This document shows positions 14,337 through 22,598 of a DNA stretch of 32,000 bases, one piece after another. The notes beneath the pieces were generated by a model. That model worked only from the letters and a program-made list of their open reading frames with translations. It ran no database searches and had not been told where the DNA came from. The stretch's first letter is position 1. Each line of letters opens with the position of its first letter. Both the position numbers and the translations under genes were made by a program. Where the stretch lies: contig NC_014731.1 in assembly GCF_000172995.2 (NCBI RefSeq), forward strand, positions 150,001-182,000. Direction: 5' to 3'. This DNA is from Halogeometricum borinquense DSM 11551. GTDB taxonomy: Archaea; Halobacteriota; Halobacteria; Halobacteriales; Haloferacaceae.

Positions 14337-14474
14337 CGGCTAAAAGAGGCAAATACGGGGAGTTGCAGCCGGTCACTGTCACCGGCCGCTTGGTCCAAGA
14401 TTTACCCACAAGAGAAATTCTTGCTTCGCCCAGTTATCGGAGGAGTTATCATATTTTAGGCCAGCCAAAATCAT

Positions 14475-15713
14475 ATGGCGAAAGACGCGAACGAGACGGA
14501 TGCACCGACGCGACGCGAGTACGTGAAGTATGGTGCGGTCCTCACGGGCGGGTTGCTTTCGGGATGTGCGGGTAACGCACCGACCGACTCCGAGTCAACG
14601 ACGACGGAGACGAATACGGAGACAGCGAACCAGTCCGGCTCATCGGGCGATTCAGAGACTGAGACGGACGCAACTAACCCTTACACGGTGTCGATGGCAC
14701 CGATGGGAGAAGTCGAGTTCGAACGCGTCCCCGAGAGCATATTCACGCGACTGACGCATCTCGCGGGGATGGCATTCGCACTCGGTCGCGGTGACGACGT
14801 CAACGCGATGCATGCGCCGGGATACTACGACGCGCTGTGGAACCAGTTTACGCCGCGTCTTCCCGGCGTCACACTCGACTGGAAGGGGCTGTACTCCTCG
14901 TGGGAGCCAAGCAAGGAGAAGCTCTACGAACTAGATAGCGATGTGCATCTCGCTGACCCGGCGGGAGTCTCCGCGCTCGACTCTTGGAATGCGGACGATG
15001 TCGAAGCGATTGGTGAGAATATCGCACCGTGGTTCGGAAACTACTACAGCGATAGACACGCCACGCCCCCAGAAGCGTGGACCGACGACTACCAGTACTA
15101 CGATCTGTGGGAGATGTTCGAACGAGTCGCACAGGTATTCCGCGAAGAGGCCCGCTACGAGGCGCTCGCCGAGATCCACCGACGCTTGGTCGAGACCGTA
15201 CAGGAGGAACTGCCACCGGTCGAAGCGCGACCGACTGCGGTATTGATCGGTCCGAGCGACCTCGAAAAGATCTACGCGTATAAACTGGACACGCCCGGAT
15301 TCCTGACGGCACACACGCGCGCCGCGGGCGCAGTTGGCGCGTTCGGTGACGACGTGCAGTCCGGATCAACCGTAGATGCAGAGACATTGCTTGATGCTAA
15401 CCCAGACGTGATCTTCGCACTCGGTGGGATGCATCCAAAAACCAGCATGGCGGATATCAGAGACGGACTCGGCGGAAACAACGTCACACGAGAGGTTGCT
15501 GCGGTAAAGAACGACCGAGTGTACGCACAAGGCGCACGGTACCAAGGCCCGATTCTCAACCTGTTCCAAATAGAGATGACGGCAAAGCAACTCTATCCCG
15601 ACCAGTTCGGTGCGTGGCCGACGTACGCCGAGGGTCCGTACCCGGAGATACCCGAAGACGAACAACTGTTCGACCGCGAGCGCGTGGCATCCATTATTCG
15701 CGGCAACTTCTGA
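14475..15713 (+). CDS. ABC-transporter substrate-binding lipoprotein (Fe-siderophore/cobalamin PBP type), orphan
   Basis: The N-terminus PTRREYVKYGAVLTGGLLSGCAG is typical of haloarchaeal iron/B12-type binding proteins, followed by a Thr/Ser/Glu linker. No permease or ATPase gene is adjacent. Confidence 0.65.
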   Translation: MAKDANETDAPTRREYVKYGAVLTGGLLSGCAGNAPTDSESTTTETNTETANQSGSSGDSETETDATNPYTVSMAPMGEVEFERVPESIFTRLTHLAGMAFALGRGDDVNAMHAPGYYDALWNQFTPRLPGVTLDWKGLYSSWEPSKEKLYELDSDVHLADPAGVSALDSWNADDVEAIGENIAPWFGNYYSDRHATPPEAWTDDYQYYDLWEMFERVAQVFREEARYEALAEIHRRLVETVQEELPPVEARPTAVLIGPSDLEKIYAYKLDTPGFLTAHTRAAGAVGAFGDDVQSGSTVDAETLLDANPDVIFALGGMHPKTSMADIRDGLGGNNVTREVAAVKNDRVYAQGARYQGPILNLFQIEMTAKQLYPDQFGAWPTYAEGPYPEIPEDEQLFDRERVASIIRGNF

Positions 15714-15751
15714 AAAGCCACGGTCGAAAAGCCACGGTCACGGTCCGCGAT

Positions 15752-15777
15752 CACGGCATTCTGGCCGTGTTTGGTTC
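15752..15777 (+). terminator. Possible intrinsic terminator after the binding-protein gene
   Basis: cacggc / gccgtg form a 6-bp stem with a 6-nt loop, followed by tttggtt. Confidence 0.35.
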
Positions 15778-15792
15778 GTGTGCTGTGGACAA

Positions 15793-15970
15793 AGTTGTAC
15801 GTGGGTAGTTGGAGTTAGTTGTACCGAGGTTGTTGAAGTTAGTTGTACGTGGGTAGTTGAAGTTAGTTGTACGTGGGTAGTTGAAGTTAGTTGTACGTGG
15901 GTAGTTGGAGTTAGTTGTACCGAGGTTGTTGAAGTTGGGTGTACGGAGATTGCTGGAGTTAGTTGTGTAC
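15793..15970. repeat. 24-bp tandem repeat, about 7.4 copies in two alternating variants
   Basis: Units start at 15793, 15817, 15841, 15865, 15889, 15913 and 15937, with a partial unit at 15961. Variant A is agttgtacgtgggtagttg[g/a]agtt and variant B is agttgtaccgaggttgttgaagtt, in the order A B A A A B plus one degenerate unit. The + strand is G/T-rich. Confidence 0.92.
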
Positions 15971-16146
15971 TATTGGCGGTTGATTGCGTTCTGCGAACGC
16001 TGGAACGGATAGCGGCGTTCAAACGATTCACGAACGTGCCAGAGCAAATCGCGTTGGTTCTGACTCGTGTTAGAACTAGGAAAGTATTTCCGGAAATTCC
16101 CAAGACTATAGTGAAAATTTAAGTTGCTGTGCTGGTTGGGCGCAGT

Positions 16147-17778
16147 ATGCACGAAGATATTGCCGCGATACGAGACGACTTTCCGATACTGAGTCGGTCA
16201 GTCGGTGACGAACAACTCGTCTACCTCGACAATGCCGCGACGACGCAGACCCCAGAGCAGGTTTACGACGTGTTTGAGGAGTTCTACGCCGGATACAACG
16301 CCAACGTTCACCGCGGAATCCACACGCTGAGTCACGAGGCGTCCGTCGCCTACGAAGAAGCCCACGATAGACTCGCCGAGTTCATCGGTGCGTCGGGCGG
16401 ACGCGAGGAACTCATCTTCACGAAGAACACGACCGAGAGCATCAATCTCGTGGCGTACGGCGTCGGGTTGAACGAACTCGGCCCGGGCGATAACGTCGTC
16501 ACGACGGAGATGGAGCATCACGCGTCATTAGTCACATGGCAACAAGTTGCAAAGCGAACTGGTGCCGACGTGCGGTTCATTCGCGTGGACGACGACGGGA
16601 AACTCGACTTGGAACACGCGGCGGAGCTGATAGACAACGATACGCAACTTATGTCAATTGTTCACGTTTCGAACGTCCTCGGAACGGTCAATCCCGTCGA
16701 GGAATTGACCGAGTTAGCCCACGAGCAGGACGCGCTCGTATTCATCGACGGCGCACAGGCGGTGCCGAACCGACGGGTCGATGTCGAGGAGATCGATGCC
16801 GATTTCTACGCCTTTTCGGGGCACAAGATGGCCGGACCGACCGGGGTCGGCTGTCTGTACGGCAAGCATCACCTCCTCGAATCCATGGAACCGTTTCTCT
16901 ACGGTGGCGAGATGATTCGGCACGTCACCTACGAGGATTCGACGTGGAACCGGCCCCCGTGGAAGTTCGAGGCAGGTACGCCGCCCATCGCGGAGGGGAT
17001 TGCCCTTGCTGCCGCTGCTGACTACCTCGATGACGTCGGGATGGACTTCGTCGAGGAGCGTGAAAACGAACTCGCACAGTACGCGCTCGAACGTCTCACC
17101 GAGCGTGACGACGTCGAAGTGTACGGCCCACCGCTTGGTGAAGCGCGGTCGGGGCTCGTCGCATTCAACCTCGACGGCGTCCACGGCCACGACCTCTCGG
17201 CGTTACTCGACGAACGCGGCATTGCCGTCCGCGCGGGCGACCACTGCACGCAACCCCTGCATGACAGGCTCGATATCCCTGGGTCCGTTCGTGCGTCGTT
17301 CTACGTCTACAACACCACCGACGAGATAGACCAGTTGCTTGACGCACTCGACGTTGCGCGGGACGAACTGGACTCGCACCTCGCCTCCGAGCAGTACCAC
17401 GACTTGGTGTACGAACACTACCGTAACCCACAGAATACGGGCGGGCTCTCGAATCCGACGTTCACGAAGCACTCAGAAGAGACCTCCTGCGGTGACGACG
17501 GCGAGTTCCACGTCGATGTCGCCGAGGACGGAACCATCGAAAACATCGCGTTCGAAAGCGAGAGTTGTGCTGTCAGTAGCGCCGTTGCTAGCATGCTGAG
17601 CGAACGACTCGAAGGCATGTCGCTCGAGGAGGTCGCCGAACTCGATGGATTCGTAGACGAAGTCCTCGACGGAACGTATCCTGACATCCGCCGTGACTGC
17701 GTTGTCGGCCCCGAAGAAGTCATCTGCGAAGCGGCGCGTGAACAGATGGACGGATCAAACGGACGCGCAGTGTTGTAA
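16147..17778 (+). CDS. sufS: Cysteine desulfurase SufS fused to a C-terminal SufU/IscU-like scaffold domain
   Basis: Present are LDNAATTQ, the PLP-lysine block FSGHKMAGPTG and the catalytic Cys block RAGDHCTQPLH. The C-terminal ~140 aa carry NifU/IscU-type Cys residues (SCGDDGEF, ESCAVSSA, RRDCVVGPE). An alternative start is at 16129. Confidence 0.85.
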   Translation: MHEDIAAIRDDFPILSRSVGDEQLVYLDNAATTQTPEQVYDVFEEFYAGYNANVHRGIHTLSHEASVAYEEAHDRLAEFIGASGGREELIFTKNTTESINLVAYGVGLNELGPGDNVVTTEMEHHASLVTWQQVAKRTGADVRFIRVDDDGKLDLEHAAELIDNDTQLMSIVHVSNVLGTVNPVEELTELAHEQDALVFIDGAQAVPNRRVDVEEIDADFYAFSGHKMAGPTGVGCLYGKHHLLESMEPFLYGGEMIRHVTYEDSTWNRPPWKFEAGTPPIAEGIALAAAADYLDDVGMDFVEERENELAQYALERLTERDDVEVYGPPLGEARSGLVAFNLDGVHGHDLSALLDERGIAVRAGDHCTQPLHDRLDIPGSVRASFYVYNTTDEIDQLLDALDVARDELDSHLASEQYHDLVYEHYRNPQNTGGLSNPTFTKHSEETSCGDDGEFHVDVAEDGTIENIAFESESCAVSSAVASMLSERLEGMSLEEVAELDGFVDEVLDGTYPDIRRDCVVGPEEVICEAAREQMDGSNGRAVL

Positions 17779-17937
17779 GCCGGGTTCGGTACCGTAGTCG
17801 GCTCTTGTGCCGGATTCGGATCATCTCGTTTTCGTCCTTATTCTCCTCGTTCCCGGCGTGATCCTTCTCTTTCTGAACATATTGTGAGACGGTTCGATTC
17901 GGTGCCTATTCAGTCGTGAAGATAGTACCGGGATCCC

Positions 17938-18357
17938 ATGGCAGAACTTCGCGCACATCATGTTGGAATCACGGTTTCAGACCTCGAAAACGCCGTCGAG
18001 TTCTATCAAGAGACGCTCGATCTCACGCTTCTGGACCGGTTCACCGTCTCCGGTGAGAATTTCTCAACTGCAGTCGGTGTCGATGGAGCGACCGGACAGT
18101 TCGCCCACCTCGAGGCTGATGGTGTCCGCGTCGAACTCATTGAATACGAACCCGAGGGTGCGAGTCGTGGAGAGGCGAGCATCAACCGTCCGGGGACGGC
18201 ACACCTCGGACTCACTGTTGAAGATATTGACTCGTTCTACGAGTCGTTGCCAAACTCGGTGGAGTCGGTGAGCAGACCCCAGACGACGGACACTGGAAGT
18301 CGGATTTTGTTTGTCCGTGACCCAGAAGGGAACTTGATAGAACTGTTAGAGAAGTAA
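17938..18357 (+). CDS. VOC (glyoxalase/bleomycin-resistance/dioxygenase) family protein
   Basis: 139 aa with HHVGITVSDLENAVEFY, AHLGLTVEDID and FVRDPEGNLIELLE, which is the typical VOC pattern. Confidence 0.8.
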   Translation: MAELRAHHVGITVSDLENAVEFYQETLDLTLLDRFTVSGENFSTAVGVDGATGQFAHLEADGVRVELIEYEPEGASRGEASINRPGTAHLGLTVEDIDSFYESLPNSVESVSRPQTTDTGSRILFVRDPEGNLIELLEK

Positions 18358-18387
18358 CTAACAGGTGTGACTGAGGACTTGAGTGAA

Positions 18388-19295
18388 CACCCACACCCCC
18401 GATTTCCGTCGTTCTGTACGAGGATAGACTGCCAGACGTAGCGGTGGGACAGGTTAAATGGTCGTTATGTTGGGGGCCCCCGTGTTTCCGTCGTTCTTGA
18501 GAAAGGAGATACTTGGAGACACACCCACCCCACGTTTCCGTCGTTTCTCATTACGAGGGGGGAGGGGTGTAACGGAGCTACAAGCTAGCTCCTTTCTTAT
18601 AATTCAGCTAATGGGCTGTTTACCCATATTAGATATAAATCTTTCTATTATTGTGGTTGTTTGAAGTAGTCGTGCCGTCTGCAAGCACTATCTTCACCTT
18701 GATTCATGTTACCGTTTCTCAATTGCCACTTGTCTGATGCAGCTCTTCATGAACAGTTCCTCGTGGATCAGATTGGAGGTAACACTATCGCGGAAGAACG
18801 ACGGAAACGTGGGGTGGGTGTGTTCAGGAGGTTCTCTATGTATCCCGAGTGTCTTGCCTTCTGATCAGCAAAGAACGACGGAAATGCGGGGTGGGTGGGT
18901 CGAATAAGACCGAGGACATCCACTACTCCGAGTTGAGAGTGTGGGAGGTTAGGTCGCGGGAGAAGTAGCGAATCGGAGAGAACGACGGAAATGTGGGGTG
19001 TCAGACGGGGGATTCGATTGGAAAACACTGTTGAGTGAATGGTACGGGTCTGATTGGAACGAGTGAGAAACATGAGTGAGAAACAGATGAGTCCGACTGA
19101 GAAATATCAATTCTACCTCAATAACTATCTCAATAATTTAGTTCCCTCCTCTTGTTACTCACAACGACGGAAACGTGGGGTGGGTGTGTTGAAACGTCGG
19201 AAATGCGGTTAACCTATCATTGAAAATGAGAAGCCTGAATACGGCACTTTGAGTGTTTTGAGATCGGATATAACGTCGGAAATCCGGGGGTGAAT
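18388..19295. other. Replication origin (oriC-type): inverted ORB arrays flanking an AT-rich unwinding element
   Basis: ORB-like elements have the core TTTCCGTCGTT plus a C/G-string. Three are C-rich on the + strand (18388-18414, 18476-18496, 18519-18547). Six are in the opposite orientation (18796-18823, 18873-18900, 18980-19004, 19162-19189, 19192-19214 degenerate, 19271-19295). The consensus is AACGACGGAAAyGyGGGGTGGGTGTG, immediately upstream of orc1. Confidence 0.85.
18590..18670. other. AT-rich duplex-unwinding element candidate
   Basis: tcttataattcagctaatgggctgtttacccatattagatataaatctttctattattgtggttgtttgaag is the most AT-rich stretch in the window and lies between the oppositely oriented ORB sets. 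Confidence 0.6.
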
Positions 19296-19334
19296 CGAAG
19301 GTGGTTTTAAGTTCTATGAGTCTCACCATCCCCT

Positions 19335-20594
19335 ATGGACAAAGAGGGGTCACAGGACATCGCTGCGGAAATTTTCGCACAGGAGGACCCAATCTTCAGG
19401 AACAAGTCATTGGTGGAAGTTGAACACGTCCCGAGTCCGGAACGAATCGTCGGTCGTGACGACGAAATTCGTGCCCTTTCGACGGAACTCCGGTCGGCGG
19501 TCAACGGCGACTCTCCTGAGAACGTTATCCTGTACGGCGAGACGGGGACGGGAAAGAGCCTCGTCGCAAAACACGTGGCGAAGGCTGCCAAATCCAATGC
19601 CGGTGACGTTCGAATCGGAACTGTCTACGTGGACTGCTCGACTGACGATACCGAGACGCAGGCGATCTCGACTATTGCCCGAACGCTGAACGACGAATCA
19701 GAGACTGACATTCGCGTTCCCGAGACGGGCCTCGCAAAAGCGGCGTACTACACGCGACTCTACACCATTCTCGACAAACTGTACGATGTCGTCATCATCA
19801 TCCTTGACGAGGCAGACATGCACCCCGACGACCAGATTCTCATGTCTCTCTCCCGGGCGGTCGAGACGGGGAAGACGGGCTGTCGAATCGGTCTCATTGC
19901 TATCAGCAACAAGGTTCGGTGGGCTGAGGATCTCAACGACCGAGTCAAATCGTCGCTACAACCGCGCGAACTCAACTTCCACTCCTACGACGCGAACCAA
20001 CTCCGCGCGATACTAGGTCACCGGCGGGATGCATTCCGTGAGGGAGTTCTTTCGGACGATGTGATCCCACTCTGTGCCGCATATGCGGCCCAAGATCATG
20101 GCGACGCCCGTCAGGCTATCGACGTGCTTCGAAACGCGGGAATGCTTGCTCAGCGCGACGGATCGGATACAGTCACCCGCGATCACGTCGAGGATGCGAA
20201 GATGGAGGCCGAGAAAGATCGTTTCCGTGATCTCATCGGCGGGTTGACCGTCCAGAAAAAACTCGTCCTCTCGGCGGTAACTGCCCTACATAAGGGCACA
20301 GACGATGATGAATTCTCGATGGCACAGATAATCGAGACGTACACCAAACTCTGTGAGGCGACCGGAACTTCTACCCGGTCGGATCGTCGCGTTCGAGACT
20401 TCGTGCGACGACTCGCCTTCCTCGATATCCTCGAACTCCGTAAGCAGAATCTCGGACGGGCGGGCGGTATCACCATCTATGCCCGTCTCCAACCTGACCA
20501 CGACTTGGATATCGTCCACCAGACAGCGATGGATGACGATCAGTTCGTGGTGGGCGAAGCCGAGTCCGAAAACGCGTCGCTCGATTCGTTCTGA
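19335..20594 (+). CDS. orc1: Orc1/Cdc6 replication initiator
   Basis: Present are the Walker A motif GETGTGKS, the Walker B motif IIILDEAD and a C-terminal winged-helix region. The 419-aa length and ORB context fit Orc1/Cdc6. Confidence 0.92.
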   Translation: MDKEGSQDIAAEIFAQEDPIFRNKSLVEVEHVPSPERIVGRDDEIRALSTELRSAVNGDSPENVILYGETGTGKSLVAKHVAKAAKSNAGDVRIGTVYVDCSTDDTETQAISTIARTLNDESETDIRVPETGLAKAAYYTRLYTILDKLYDVVIIILDEADMHPDDQILMSLSRAVETGKTGCRIGLIAISNKVRWAEDLNDRVKSSLQPRELNFHSYDANQLRAILGHRRDAFREGVLSDDVIPLCAAYAAQDHGDARQAIDVLRNAGMLAQRDGSDTVTRDHVEDAKMEAEKDRFRDLIGGLTVQKKLVLSAVTALHKGTDDDEFSMAQIIETYTKLCEATGTSTRSDRRVRDFVRRLAFLDILELRKQNLGRAGGITIYARLQPDHDLDIVHQTAMDDDQFVVGEAESENASLDSF

Positions 20595-20668
20595 TACGCC
20601 CCACTTGCCCGCAATTCTGACACGTCTCACCTGCCCGCAACCTTTACTCCCCCTCACCCCACCCCACT

Positions 20669-20696
20669 CCACCCCACCCCACGTTTCCGTCGTTTC
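20669..20696. repeat. ORB element downstream of orc1, preceded by a C-run tract
   Basis: ccaccccaccccacgtttccgtcgtttc has the same orientation as the 18388-18547 set, so orc1 is bracketed by inverted ORBs. Confidence 0.8.
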
Positions 20697-20730
20697 TCCC
20701 TCTCTGTCTTTTTCCTCTCTGCTGTTTTTC

Positions 20731-20761
20731 CTAGCAAAACTTTCTTTCCTAGTTTTGCTAG
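20731..20761. repeat. Inverted pair of the GTTTTGCTAG 10-mer
   Basis: ctagcaaaac(t) at 20731-20741 and (a)gttttgctag at 20751-20761 are separated by 9 bp, between the convergent orc1 and AAA ATPase genes. Confidence 0.8.
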
Positions 20762-20842
20762 TTTCACTATTGGTCCCAGAATTGCCGGTTCCGATTCACC
20801 GTTCAGTAGAATCTTTAGTAGGAAGGCGGCCGATACAGCCGT

Positions 20843-22411
20843 TCACAGCGACATCTGGGGATGTCTGTCGAACTCGTCGGAGTCAGTATCGCTGTTTGTG
20901 TTGTTTTGGTTCTCCGGTTTCTCTCCGGTTCGGTCGCTGTACGAGTCCGTCGCTTCGATAGCGGAGCGGAGGTGGCGAGCGGCGATTGGCTGTCGAGTTC
21001 CCGTATCGTACGTTTCCTCGATAGCTCGCCTCGCCGCCTCGTTCGCAATCGACTCGATGTCGCTTGCACTGAAACCGTCGGTCAATGTGGCGAACTCGCC
21101 TAGATCGCCCTCATCGATGTCAGTTGGTCGTTCTTGGAGGTGATGTAACAGCATCGACAACCTCGATTCGGCGTTCGGAAGCGGGACGGCTATCCACTCG
21201 TCGAAGCGACCTGTCCGGGTGAGTGCCTCGTCTAACTCGTCGAGTTTGTTCGTTGCGCCGATGACGACAACATCGTCTGCTTCCAGTTCGGCCAACTCCA
21301 TCAGGAGTTGGTTCTGCATCTGCCGTTCGCTCTGCGTGTTGTGCGTCGCACTTCGGTCGGTTCCGAGAGCGTCGAGTTCATCGATAAAGACGATGCTCGG
21401 CTGGTGTTTTCGAGCGACCTCGAACACTTTGGCGACGTTGTCCGCACTCTTGCCGACGAACTTGCTCGTCACGTTTGCCGGGGTGATTCGAAGGAACGGC
21501 CTGCCAAGTTCGCCAGCGAGAGCGCGACTGACGTACGTTTTCCCCGTTCCCGGCGGACCGTGAAGCAGGATTCCGTTGATGGTTCCAAGACCGTATTCTT
21601 CGAACAGGTCTGGGTCCCGAAGCGGGTTCAACACCGTCTGCTGGAGTCGATCTTTCACCTCATGCATCGCGGCCACGTCGTCGAACGTAATGTCGGGTTC
21701 GCACAACCACTGTTCGGCGTCAGAACTCGTCTGGTCGTCTCCGCCCGCCGGCCTGACTGCCTCGGACATCTCGTCGCTCACGTCGTCCGGTGTGGTCGGT
21801 TGTTTTTGATCTCCCCGTTGGAATCGGACGACTGCACGAACTTGTTTCGGCGTGATGTTGGCAAGGACCGTCGCATCTGCATGGGAGGCCCAGTCGAATT
21901 CGGCTTTGAGAGCGTCTCGGAGTTCGATATGGAACCCGTCCGGAAGTGACTGGACGAATCGACCGTTCCGACCAATGGGTGTTTGAGCGCGATCCCAGTC
22001 CCAGTACCGGTGTTCGGCCGCTCCTCGGGCCGCATTGTTAACAAACTCGACGGCGTCGGCGGCGTGTGCGCGAAGTCTCGCCGGGCTACACTGTGCCGCC
22101 GCTTCGGAGGTGATCTCTTCGGCGCGCGTCTCGCACGCTTCGGCGAACTCCTCTATCTGTTCCGTGCCGAGAACTCGTTCGAAGTGGAGTGTCGCGGCGA
22201 CATTCGCGGCAACCATCTGTCCGTCACGGACCAGAAACCCAGCGCTGGTGACGTACTCTCGCACCTGTTCGTCATCGGTTGTTCGGTCCCACGCGTACTG
22301 GATCCGCCCGAGAGTCCGAAGTGGTCGCGCGTCTTCGAGGCGGTAGCCCTGTCTTACGGACCCGTCCGCGCAGAGATACGCCACGTCGTCTGTGTGCCCC
22401 CCTACTATCAC
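20843..22411 (-). CDS. AAA-family ATPase (single classical AAA domain) with an uncharacterised ~250-aa N-terminal region
   Basis: Present are the Walker A motif GILLHGPPGTGKT, the Walker B motif SIVFIDELDAL, the second region of homology (ATNKLDELDEALTRTGRFD) and the lid DGFSASDIESI. I recognise nothing in the N-terminal half. Confidence 0.85.
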   Translation of the reverse strand: MIVGGHTDDVAYLCADGSVRQGYRLEDARPLRTLGRIQYAWDRTTDDEQVREYVTSAGFLVRDGQMVAANVAATLHFERVLGTEQIEEFAEACETRAEEITSEAAAQCSPARLRAHAADAVEFVNNAARGAAEHRYWDWDRAQTPIGRNGRFVQSLPDGFHIELRDALKAEFDWASHADATVLANITPKQVRAVVRFQRGDQKQPTTPDDVSDEMSEAVRPAGGDDQTSSDAEQWLCEPDITFDDVAAMHEVKDRLQQTVLNPLRDPDLFEEYGLGTINGILLHGPPGTGKTYVSRALAGELGRPFLRITPANVTSKFVGKSADNVAKVFEVARKHQPSIVFIDELDALGTDRSATHNTQSERQMQNQLLMELAELEADDVVVIGATNKLDELDEALTRTGRFDEWIAVPLPNAESRLSMLLHHLQERPTDIDEGDLGEFATLTDGFSASDIESIANEAARRAIEETYDTGTRQPIAARHLRSAIEATDSYSDRTGEKPENQNNTNSDTDSDEFDRHPQMSL

Positions 22412-22511
22412 GCCTACCTGTTCGATGACCCTCGTTAAAAAGCCGATTCTTCGTTCTCACTGTTGATACTACTTCTGAGGTGGTCTGGTCGCTTTTTGAG
22501 CATCTCTTAAA

Positions 22512-22552
22512 TTTGCTACCTTTGTTCTCTTTGCTATCTTTGCTAGCAAAAC
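22512..22552. repeat. Cluster of TTTGCTA repeats ending in the palindrome TTTGCTAGCAAA
   Basis: The sequence is atttgctacc tttgttctc tttgctatc tttgctagcaaaac, including the exact 10-mer ctagcaaaac at 22543-22552. It lies about 100-140 nt upstream of the AAA ATPase start. Confidence 0.75.
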
Positions 22553-22598
22553 CAGAAAATATAGTTTTTCTATATTGGCTCTATTGGATCGCCAATCC

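Noticed and set aside
3101-15970. Possibility that the tandem arrays (3101-3200, 13124-13211, 15793-15970) are CRISPR arrays
   Set aside because: The units are directly abutting with no unique spacers, and no cas genes are present. They are plain tandem repeats.
15610-16122. ORFs on both strands spanning the 24-bp tandem array (15610-16122 + with VSCTWVVE repeats; 15738-16103 - with TSTTHVQL repeats)
   Set aside because: They are open only because the 24-bp unit lacks stop codons in those frames. The + ORF starts inside the binding-protein gene. Their composition is unlike the acidic proteins of this genome, and no signal or start context is visible. They are kept as a caveat in the repeat finding.
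18458-19073. ORFs 18458-18664(+) and 18768-19073(-) in the region upstream of orc1
   Set aside because: They run through ORB repeats and the AT-rich unwinding element. Their composition is not protein-like, and the region is better explained as a replication origin.
20353-20961. 202-aa ORF (+) crossing the orc1 3-prime end, the C-run/ORB tract and the AAA ATPase 3-prime end
   Set aside because: It overlaps two well-supported genes and the non-coding ORB/G4 region. Its Ser/Pro/Leu-rich composition also argues against coding.
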